The notes under the pieces are model-generated. The model was not told the origin of the DNA and did not search any database. It saw only the letters and a list, made by a program, of their open reading frames with translations. Below are positions 1 through 7,278 of a DNA stretch of 34,817 nucleotides, piece after piece; positions within the stretch are counted from its first letter, which is position 1; each line of letters starts with the position of its first letter. A program made the position numbers and the translations under genes. Origin of the DNA: Holophagae bacterium (lineage in GTDB: Bacteria > Acidobacteriota > Thermoanaerobaculia > Multivoradales > Multivoraceae); contig JAQBHE010000174.1 of NCBI GenBank assembly GCA_032128015.1, forward strand, positions 1 through 34,817, given 5' to 3'.

Positions 1-1
1 C

Positions 2-739
2 GTGATCGATGTCGCCAACGTCGATCCGCTGGGGCAGGATCTGGTCTTCGCCCGCGTGGTCTCGAAGCTGCGCGAGCACCTCGAGCGGCGCGACCTGGGC
101 GTGGATGCCGTGGTGGTGTTTGTGGACGAGCTCAACAAGTACGCGCCGGCCGACGGCCCCGAGACGTACGTCAAGAAGATGCTGCTGGACATTTCGGAGC
201 GCGGCCGCTACCTGGGACTGGTCTTGTTTGGGGCCGAGCAGTTCCGCTCCCAGGTGCATCGCCGCGTGGTGGGCAACGCCGGCACCCAATTGTTCGGACG
301 CATGGACTCCGACGAGCTGGCGACCCCCGGCTACCACGTGTTGTCGCCGGCGACCAAGATCAAGCTCGCCACCCTGCCGATTGGCGAGCTGATGGTGCGC
401 CACCCGCACTTCACCCAGCCGATTTTCGTGCGCTTTCCGCGCCCGCCGGTGCTCCGGGGACGAGACGGAGTGGAGCGGTTCCCGCCGGCCGCGGACCTGC
501 CGTTCGACGAAGCGGTGGTGCGCCAGCTGCTGCGCGTCGCCCCGTCCATCCGGCCCAACCAGATCAAGGACCTGATCGCGGGGCGGGAGGAGCAGGACGT
601 GCGGCGCGCGGTGGGCGCGGTGCCGCCAGCTTCGGCAGGTAGCGCCGCTTCTGTTCAGGGGTGCCGAAGTAGACCAGCGGCAGTGTGCCGATGCCAATGT
701 GCGCGCCGAGCGAGACCGCGAAGCTCGCGCACCGGTTGA
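2..739 (+). CDS. HerA/DUF87-like P-loop ATPase, C-terminal part. The 5' end lies outside the window. Recognisable similarity stops near 620, and the rest of the ORF reads through the antisense of the next gene.
   Basis: The ORF is open from the window edge. It has a Walker-B-like VVVFVDELNKYAP, then ERGRYLGLVLFGAEQFRSQV and GNAGTQLFGRM segments typical of COG0433 HerA-type ATPases. After about ...DVRRAVGAV the translation becomes low-complexity Ala/Arg/Pro. Confidence 0.6.
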   Translation: MIDVANVDPLGQDLVFARVVSKLREHLERRDLGVDAVVVFVDELNKYAPADGPETYVKKMLLDISERGRYLGLVLFGAEQFRSQVHRRVVGNAGTQLFGRMDSDELATPGYHVLSPATKIKLATLPIGELMVRHPHFTQPIFVRFPRPPVLRGRDGVERFPPAADLPFDEAVVRQLLRVAPSIRPNQIKDLIAGREEQDVRRAVGAVPPASAGSAASVQGCRSRPAAVCRCQCARRARPRSSRTG

Positions 740-1058
740 ACGTCTCGGTCATCAGCATGGTCGTCGTCTTCGCGTGACCGAGCCCTCCGTACTCTTCCGG
801 GATGTCGAGCATCAGCAGTCCGAGCTCGCCCGCCTTCTCGAGCAGCTCGCGCATCAGTCCCGGCTTCTGCGCCTCGATCTCTTCGAGCCGGGGCAGCACC
901 TCGGAGTCGGCGAAGCGGCGCGCCGTCTTGGCGATCGCCAGCTGCTCGGGAGCCAGGTCCTCGGGGGTGAAGATCCGCGTCTTGCCCACGCAATCGAGCA
1001 GGAACGATCCACCGTCACGGACGTCGAAGGGCGTCTGGACCATGGTCGGTGTCGTCAT
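564..1058 (-). pseudogene. Acyl-CoA dehydrogenase, N-terminal ~145 codons only (3'-truncated; similarity spans about 622..1058).
   Basis: The N-terminal ACAD-like sequence ...IAKTARRFADSEVLPRLEEIE...LGLLMLDIPEEYGGLG...GAHIGIGTLPLVYFGTPEQKRRYLPKLA breaks off where the conserved SGE...TEP motif should follow. It continues as AAPRPPRAARPAPP, the antisense of the HerA-like ORF. The middle and C-terminal ACAD domains are absent. Confidence 0.7.
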
Positions 1059-1133
1059 CTCGGGCCTCCTTGTTCTTGCGCTGCGGGCCGCGCGACCGGA
1101 CGCTGGGCTGGCACCTTGTGAGTCAGGCGCGTT

Positions 1134-1712
1134 CTATTTCTTCTTGCGAAGAACCCGCTGGACCATCTCGTCGAGCTGCTGAAGGAACCGCGATCGATCG
1201 CGTGGCTGGAGCGGAGCTGGCCCGCCGGTTCTTTCCCCGGCGCTACGCAGACCTTCCAAGAGGTCTCGCGTCGCGAGCACATCCCCGATGTTGTCTTCGG
1301 TGAACGGACGCCCGGTGGGCCCCAGGACGAGCGCTCCTTGTTTGATGCAGCGGCTTGCCAGAGGAATGTCGGCGGTGACCACGATGTCGTTGGGCGCCAC
1401 CCGCTCGACGATCCAGTCGTCGGCGGCGTCCAGGCCACCGGCGACGACTTCGAGTCGGATCCTCGGACCGCCGGGAGCGTGCATCCGGGAGTTCGCGACC
1501 AGGGTCACCTGCAGGTCGTAGCGGGCGGCGACCCGGCGCACCTCGTCCTTGACCGGGCAGGCGTCTGCGTCGACGAAGAGGTGGGGCAAGACGGAGGTCC
1601 TAACGAGCGCCAATCCTATGGGACTCCGGCTCCGAGCGGATTTGGCCCGGCTGACTAGCTCGACCAGGTGCTTGCTGCCTTCCGGTAGGATCTCAGATGA
1701 CGATCCTGTCAC
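1134..1712 (-). CDS. YaiI/YqxD family protein (UPF0178, DUF188).
   Basis: It carries the family motif LFVDADACPVKDEV and then ...VTLVANS...VVAGGLDAADDWIVE...DIVVTADIPLA. The family normally begins just before this motif, so a TTG start at 1589 is more likely than the ATG at 1712. Confidence 0.75.
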   Translation of the reverse strand: MTGSSSEILPEGSKHLVELVSRAKSARSRSPIGLALVRTSVLPHLFVDADACPVKDEVRRVAARYDLQVTLVANSRMHAPGGPRIRLEVVAGGLDAADDWIVERVAPNDIVVTADIPLASRCIKQGALVLGPTGRPFTEDNIGDVLATRDLLEGLRSAGERTGGPAPLQPRDRSRFLQQLDEMVQRVLRKKK

Positions 1713-2082
1713 CCACGTCTGCTTGAATCCTCTTCGGGATGGCGCGGGAAGCCATCAAGGGAAGAGGTGTCCTCGTGCCCCCGATCGACTCTTGCGCGCT
1801 CCCAGTCGGCTGCTCCGCCCGAATCCCATCGCGTTCGCGCCTCTCACTCCGTACGTCGGCCCCTGAACTCGGAACGCCCGCTGGATACCCGCAGTTGCTC
1901 TCGTGCTTGCTGCGGGCGTCGGTATTCCCGCATCGAGTGCGGCGTAGCCGCCCGAAGGCGAGATCTCCTTCGCGTCGGACGACATCGGGGGGCGCGGCCC
2001 CGAACGTGAACCAGTTGTGGGGCGATTGGTTCATTGTCCAAGACGGCCGAGCCATCGGTGACCACCTGGTCGCGATCGTGCG

Positions 2083-2691
2083 GTGGCCGCGCTTTCCCAA
2101 GATTTCCTGTCCAAGTTCATTGCGTGCAGGGGCGATTCCGGCCAAAGCGCCGTCGGCTCCGGTTCGACCGCTCTGGCGGAGATCGGCTGCGACGAAGGCG
2201 GAGATCGAAGCGCCCAATGTGACCTTGTCGAAGAGGCGCAGGGCCAAGACATTTACCTTGCCAACTTCGGTCCCGGCAGCGGTGACACACCTCCGCGGCG
2301 AGTCAACACCATTGTTGCGGGGAACCAGAGCGAGCCCAAGGTGGCGAGGAACGCGGCAGGGAACTTCGCGATCGCCTGGAGGAGCGACAACCCACCTGCG
2401 ATCGTCACGCGTGTTTTCTCCGCCGATGGCACACCGGCCAGCTCCGACGTCATTCTCGCCACGAGCGAGGACTTTCAAGCAAACGTCGAGATGGTGGTGA
2501 AAGTGCTCAACGCCTGCTCGTTCGGTGAGCGCTTCTGGGCGTTTGCCGGTGGTCTGACCAACGTCCGGGTCACGCTTCGCGTCGACGATCTCGCGAGCGG
2601 TCATTCCAAGTCGTATGTCAACTTTGGTGGCGAGAAGTTCCAGCCGATCCAGGACACTGCGGCGTTCGACACCTGCAGCGCGAGCCCGTGA
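2083..2691 (+). CDS. Protein with one VNT..GNQ..P.VA secreted-repeat unit fused to the distal half of a conserved Cys-containing C-terminal domain. It may be a degenerate remnant of a larger secreted protein.
   Basis: The C-terminal 65 aa NVEMVVKVLNACSFGERFWAFAGGLTNVRV...KFQPIQDTAAFDTC are about 60% identical (hand alignment) to the C-terminus of the ORF at 16524..16994. No signal peptide is visible and the N-terminal half of the domain is missing. The stop overlaps the next gene's GTG (GTGA at 2688-2691). Confidence 0.45.
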   Translation: MAALSQDFLSKFIACRGDSGQSAVGSGSTALAEIGCDEGGDRSAQCDLVEEAQGQDIYLANFGPGSGDTPPRRVNTIVAGNQSEPKVARNAAGNFAIAWRSDNPPAIVTRVFSADGTPASSDVILATSEDFQANVEMVVKVLNACSFGERFWAFAGGLTNVRVTLRVDDLASGHSKSYVNFGGEKFQPIQDTAAFDTCSASP

Positions 2692-3713
2692 TCGCTGAGG
2701 ATCTGTTCAGGAGGACAGTGGTGACGGGCAGCGAGATCGCCGAATTGCCGGTTCGTTTTCGCGACCGCGATGTCGCGTTCGAGGGTGGCGTGGTCGGTCG
2801 CAATCTCGAGATCCTTTCGGCGTCGCCGGTCAACTACTACCAGGTGATCAGCCGACCGGATGGGATGCCCGAAGTCACAGTCGACGGCAAGCTGTTCCTT
2901 CCGCGCGAGGGAAGTGGGAAGACACCCGGTCCGCTGATCATCGTGGTTCCCGGAAGTCTCGGCGTCGCCGAGTCTCACCTTCGTCACGCCCAGACCTTCA
3001 CCGAGAAGGGTATCGCGGCGTTCGTGCTCGACAGCTTCGGGGAGCGCAATGTCGTGTCGACCGTGGCGAATCAGACCCAGTTCTCGTTCGCGGCGTCGGC
3101 GTACGACGTTCTGGCGGCGTGGAAGGTCCTGGCCGCGCTGCCGGAGGTCGACGAGACCCGGATCGGTGCCCAGGGTCACAGTCGGGGTGGCAGCGCCGTG
3201 CTCACCGCCGCGACTCGCCGCTTTGCCGACGCGGTGGTCGGTCCCGGCCACGGGCTGTGCGGGGTGCTCGCTGCCTACCCGTGGTGCGGCCAGCAGTTCC
3301 TCGATCCGCAAGTCGGCGACGCCCGGGTGCACGTGCTGATGGGCGATGCCGATGAGTGGTGCTCGCCGATGCAGGCCCAGGCCCACGTCCACGCGATTCG
3401 GGTCGCGGGCGGGAGCGCGACCATGAGACTCGTCGGCAAGGCCCAGCACAGCTTCGATCGCGGCACCGCAGTGGTCGACATCCCCGAGGCCAGGATCTCG
3501 CCGGCCGCTCCGATCGCCTTCATCGCCGACGACGGTGCGTTCCTCCATCCGCTCGAGGACACGCCCGACCCCAAGCTGGTCGACCGGGACCTGATGGTCT
3601 ACGCGCTCAAGGCTGGTTTTGGCCGGGTCGGCGCTCGAATCGGCAGCGCCGAAGGCGAAGCCGAGCTGTTCCGCGAAGACATGGTGCGTTTCTGGCAGCG
3701 ACTGATGACATAG
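2688..3713 (+). CDS. Alpha/beta hydrolase, dienelactone hydrolase-like.
   Basis: The nucleophile elbow GHSRGG (GxSxG) lies at 3174-3191. Upstream is PLIIVVPGS and downstream HVLMGDADEWC (acid residue region) and a later His (KAQHSFD). The GTG start overlaps the upstream stop. Confidence 0.85.
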   Translation: MIAEDLFRRTVVTGSEIAELPVRFRDRDVAFEGGVVGRNLEILSASPVNYYQVISRPDGMPEVTVDGKLFLPREGSGKTPGPLIIVVPGSLGVAESHLRHAQTFTEKGIAAFVLDSFGERNVVSTVANQTQFSFAASAYDVLAAWKVLAALPEVDETRIGAQGHSRGGSAVLTAATRRFADAVVGPGHGLCGVLAAYPWCGQQFLDPQVGDARVHVLMGDADEWCSPMQAQAHVHAIRVAGGSATMRLVGKAQHSFDRGTAVVDIPEARISPAAPIAFIADDGAFLHPLEDTPDPKLVDRDLMVYALKAGFGRVGARIGSAEGEAELFREDMVRFWQRLMT

Positions 3714-3796
3714 GTCGGGACGCTCGTCGATCGTCGCCGACGTCTCGGGCTGGAGGCGCACCGGCAAGGGGGACTTTCGGCCTCAGCGGCAAGCGC

Positions 3797-5023
3797 TCAC
3801 CATGCGAGATGCCAGGGGACTGCTCGGATCCCCGGCCGCAGGGCGGTGGGCGTCGCCACCTGGCACGCGACCACTCCCTTCGCGTCGCCCCCGATCAACT
3901 GGAGCCACCGAGCGAGGTTGTCTCCGTGCCGCGGCGAGGGCGTTGCGGTCGCCTTCACCTCGATCGCGTGAAGTCGGCCGTCGTGCTCGATGATCAGGTC
4001 GACCTCGAGTCCCGACGAGGCCTGCCAGTAGTAGAGCTTCGGCTCGATACCTCGCTGGCGTGCGGCCTTCATCCACTCCGACACGACAACGGTTTCGGTC
4101 AGGGCCCCCAGACTCGGACCGCCAAGGACCGTTTCCCGGGAGTGCACACCGAGCAGGAAGCTCGCGAGTCCGGGATCGAGCATGTAGAGCTTGGGGCTCC
4201 GGCGGATCCGCTTGCCGAGGTTGGCGTGGTACGGCTGGAGCAGGCAGATGACCTGGCTGGTCTCGAGGACCGACAGCCACCGTTTCGCGGTCGGAGCGGT
4301 GATCCCTGCCTCCCGCCCGAGCTCCGAGAGGTTGAGGACCGCGCCGGTCCGTGATGCCACCAGAGCCAGGAAGCGGCTGAAGGCACCCAGGTCGGTTACC
4401 TGGATGAGGTCTCTGACGTCGCGCTCGAGGTAGGTCTGGACGTAGCTCGAGAACCAGAGCCCTCGGTCCACTTCTTGGTTCAAACGTGGCTCCGGGTATC
4501 CGCCGCGTAGGATCCAGTCGACGAGGTCGAGCCGGGGCGCCTCGTCGACGGGCCGAGCCTCGCCGAACACTTGGCGCAGGAGCTCGCCGAAGTCCCTTCC
4601 CGGTCCAGGCGCGTACAACTCCTCGGTCGACAGAGGATCGAGGCGAAGAACCGCGACTCGACCGGCAAGCGTCTGGCTGACTCCCTGCATCAGCGGAAAG
4701 CTCTGGGAGCCAGAGAGCAGCCAGCGGCCTGGGGCGCGGTCCTCGTCGATCGCATCTTTGACGTAGTGAAGTAGGTCCGGTGCGTACTGGATCTCGTCGA
4801 GGATCAAGGGTGGGCGAGCCTCCCGGAAGAACCCCAACGGATCCGCGCTCGCGCGCTCGCGCACGTCGGGACGCTCGAGAGAGACGTAGCGATGACTCTC
4901 GCCAAACTGGGTGCGAAGGAGAGTCGTCTTCCCGGATTGCCGCGGTCCCGTGACCAGGATCGCGGGAAACGTCCGGGCGGCGCGGCGGATTGCGGAAGAG
5001 AGCCCTCGGGCTTGATAGTCCAC
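3797..5023 (-). CDS. AAA+ ATPase with DUF4143 C-terminal domain (COG1373 family).
   Basis: Walker A is GPRQSGKTTLL and Walker B is PLILDEIQYAPDL. Further family segments are LLSGSQSF...LAGR, ...GGYPE... and a C-terminal EVDLIIE...HAIEVKA restriction-endonuclease-like segment. Confidence 0.9.
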   Translation of the reverse strand: MDYQARGLSSAIRRAARTFPAILVTGPRQSGKTTLLRTQFGESHRYVSLERPDVRERASADPLGFFREARPPLILDEIQYAPDLLHYVKDAIDEDRAPGRWLLSGSQSFPLMQGVSQTLAGRVAVLRLDPLSTEELYAPGPGRDFGELLRQVFGEARPVDEAPRLDLVDWILRGGYPEPRLNQEVDRGLWFSSYVQTYLERDVRDLIQVTDLGAFSRFLALVASRTGAVLNLSELGREAGITAPTAKRWLSVLETSQVICLLQPYHANLGKRIRRSPKLYMLDPGLASFLLGVHSRETVLGGPSLGALTETVVVSEWMKAARQRGIEPKLYYWQASSGLEVDLIIEHDGRLHAIEVKATATPSPRHGDNLARWLQLIGGDAKGVVACQVATPTALRPGIRAVPWHLAW

Positions 5024-5044
5024 GGCTCGGCGAGCCTAACTCTA

Positions 5045-5075
5045 TGCAGATCGAAAATCAAATATTCGATCTGCA
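5045..5075. promoter_or_regulatory. Perfect 11-bp inverted repeat with a 9-nt AT-rich spacer, in a divergent intergenic region. Candidate operator.
   Basis: The sequence is TGCAGATCGAA-aatcaaata-TTCGATCTGCA. It lies between the divergent starts of the DUF4143 ATPase (5023) and the MFS transporter (5195) and is strikingly AT-rich for this sequence. Confidence 0.35.
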
Positions 5076-5194
5076 CCATTCGGCCTGCCCGAGAACTGTG
5101 GGGAACCAGATCAACTTGGGCTAGGCTCCGTCCAGATCCTCGCGATTCGGCCGCCAGCAGGCCATCACTTTCGGGACCATTTGGGAGGTTCGGC

Positions 5195-6463
5195 ATGGCT
5201 TCGTTGTTTGCCGCCTTGCCGCGACGCTTCGTCGTCGTGGGACTCACCGCCTGCGCGGTATTCGTCTGCTACATCGACCGGGTCAACATCTCGGTCGCGA
5301 TCATTCCGATGGCGACGGAGTTCGGGTGGGACCCGGAGACCCAGGGCCGGGTGCTGTCGTCGTTTTTCATCGGCTACCTGCTGACCCAGATCATCGGCGG
5401 CCGGCTGGCCGACCGCTACGGCGGCAAGCTGATCCTCGGCCTGGGTGTTCTCACCTGGTCGTTGTTCACGATCCTGACTCCGCCCGCGGCCGCTTTGGGG
5501 CTCACCGCGCTCTTGGTGTGCCGGATCGCGATGGGCACGGGCGAGGCGGTGACGTTTCCCTCGTTCTACAGTCTCTACTCGCGTTGGGTGCCGCTCAGCG
5601 AGCGCTCGCGCGCGATCGCGCTCAGCAACAGCGGGATTCCGCTGGGCACCATCTTCGCCCTCCTGGTGACCCCGTGGATCGTCAGCAACTTTGGGTGGCA
5701 TTGGGCGTTCTACGCGTTCGGCGCGGTGGGCCTCCTCTGGTACGGCTTCTGGTCACGCCAGGTCACCGCGGACCCGTCGACCCATCCCACGATCTCGAAA
5801 CAAGAGCTCGAGCACATCCAGGCGGACGCGATCAGTGGCGTCGCGGTCTCGCCGCCGTCTTTTCGCGCGCTCCTGAGCAAGGGCCCGGTGTGGGCGATCA
5901 TCGTCTGTCACTTCTGCAACAACTGGTCGCTCTATGTCCTGCTGTCGTGGCTGCCGACGTTCGTAAGCCAAGGGCTCGGGGTCGACTTCGCGTCGGTCGG
6001 GCTTTTCAGCATGCTGCCTCACATCGCGTCGTTCATCTTCCTCAATATCGCCGGCAACATTGCCGATCGGCTGATCCGCCGGGGCATGGACGTGACCTTC
6101 GTGCGCAAGCTGATGCAGACGATCGGCTTCGGCGGTATCGCGACCGCGCTGATGTTCGTCGGCGAGGTGCAATCGGCCTATGCCGCGATCGCGATCATGT
6201 GCGCTGGCAATGCCATCGGAGCCGCGGTCACTGGCGGGTTCGCGGTGAACCACATGGACATCGCGCCCCGCCATGCCGGGACTTTGATGGGAATCACCAA
6301 CACCGCCGGCACGATCCCCGGCATCATCGGCGTCTACATCAGCGGCCTGATCCTCCAGGCGACCGGCTCGTGGGCTCTGGTATTCCAGGTCACTGCTGGT
6401 GTGACCTTGTTCGGCCTCGTGTTCTATCTGATCTTCGGCAGCGGCAAGAAGATCTTCGACTGA
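5195..6463 (+). CDS. MFS transporter, anion:cation symporter (ACS)-like.
   Basis: The ATG at 5195 follows GGGAGG (5183-5188). About 12 hydrophobic segments are visible, with MFS motif A-like GGRLADRYGGK and ACS-like ...GEAVTFPS...SRWVP..ERSRA.... The upstream part of the tracked ORF (4892..) overlaps the ATPase gene and is not coding-like. Confidence 0.9.
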   Translation: MASLFAALPRRFVVVGLTACAVFVCYIDRVNISVAIIPMATEFGWDPETQGRVLSSFFIGYLLTQIIGGRLADRYGGKLILGLGVLTWSLFTILTPPAAALGLTALLVCRIAMGTGEAVTFPSFYSLYSRWVPLSERSRAIALSNSGIPLGTIFALLVTPWIVSNFGWHWAFYAFGAVGLLWYGFWSRQVTADPSTHPTISKQELEHIQADAISGVAVSPPSFRALLSKGPVWAIIVCHFCNNWSLYVLLSWLPTFVSQGLGVDFASVGLFSMLPHIASFIFLNIAGNIADRLIRRGMDVTFVRKLMQTIGFGGIATALMFVGEVQSAYAAIAIMCAGNAIGAAVTGGFAVNHMDIAPRHAGTLMGITNTAGTIPGIIGVYISGLILQATGSWALVFQVTAGVTLFGLVFYLIFGSGKKIFD

Positions 6464-6470
6464 GCAGTGA

Positions 6471-7250
6471 TCAGGCGCGGAATACCGGCTTGCGCTTTTC
6501 GAGGAACGCCGCCACCGCTTCTCGATGATCCGCGGTCTGGTAAGCGGCGTGTAGCTCCGCCATCTCCCGGCTCTGGACCACGGCGAGGTCCGACTCCGCC
6601 CCGTTGGCCGTGAGCAGCCTCTTCACCGCGGCCAGTGACGCCGGCGGGTTCGCGGCGATGGTCCGCGCCAGATCGAGCGCCCGCTCGAGCAGCTGGTCGG
6701 GCTCGACCACTGCGTTGAAGAAACCCGTGTTCGCGAGCTCTTCGGCCGAGTAGAGCCGGCCGGTGAGACACATCTCGCTTGCGAGCGCAAAGCCGACCCG
6801 CTGCACCAACAGCTGCGAGCTCGCGAGCTCCGGCACCAGCCCCATGCGCACGAAGAACATGCCGACCCGCGCCTCGCGCGAGGCGAGCAGCACGTCGAAC
6901 GGCAGCACTTGGGTGATGCCGACGCCGACCGCCACGCCGTTGATGGCGGCGATCAGCGGCTTCGACTCGCGGATCAGCCGCACCCAGTCGCTGCCGGCGG
7001 GCGTCTCGCGCTCGCCTTCGATGCGCGCCTTGAAGTTCTGCTCGATGTCGGCGCCGGCGCAGAAGCCGCGGCCGGCACCGGTGAGCACCCCGGCCCCCAG
7101 CGTCGGGTCGGCGTTGATGCGCGCGATCGCATCGCACAGCTCGGCGCGCATCCGATCGGTCCAGGCGTTGAGCTTCTGCGGTCGGTTGAGGGTGATCAGG
7201 CCGACTTCACCATGCGCTTCGAACAGGATCTGTTGATACTCCATCGCCAT
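6471..7250 (-). CDS. Enoyl-CoA hydratase/isomerase (crotonase) family protein.
   Basis: Family segments seen are LITLNRPQKLNAW, the oxyanion-hole region GAGRGFCAGADI, PLIAAINGVAVGVG and a C-terminal EAVAAFLEKRKPVF. Confidence 0.9.
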   Translation of the reverse strand: MAMEYQQILFEAHGEVGLITLNRPQKLNAWTDRMRAELCDAIARINADPTLGAGVLTGAGRGFCAGADIEQNFKARIEGERETPAGSDWVRLIRESKPLIAAINGVAVGVGITQVLPFDVLLASREARVGMFFVRMGLVPELASSQLLVQRVGFALASEMCLTGRLYSAEELANTGFFNAVVEPDQLLERALDLARTIAANPPASLAAVKRLLTANGAESDLAVVQSREMAELHAAYQTADHREAVAAFLEKRKPVFRA

Positions 7251-7278
7251 GGCCGTTCTCCTCGTTTCTGCGGAGCCG

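Noticed and set aside
1693-2604. A 303-aa minus-strand ORF and the overlapping 253-aa plus-strand ORF (1739..2500), in the region between the YaiI gene and the Cys-domain ORF.
   Set aside because: Both are Arg/Pro/Ala/Gly-rich with no recognisable motifs, they overlap each other, and they overlap the motif-bearing 2083..2691 frame. That is typical of shadow ORFs in GC-rich DNA. The true coding status of 1712-2290 stays unresolved.
2601-3767. A 388-aa ORF antisense to the dienelactone hydrolase gene.
   Set aside because: The opposite strand carries clear hydrolase motifs (GHSRGG). This translation is low-complexity and Arg/Gly/Asp-rich with no family signature.
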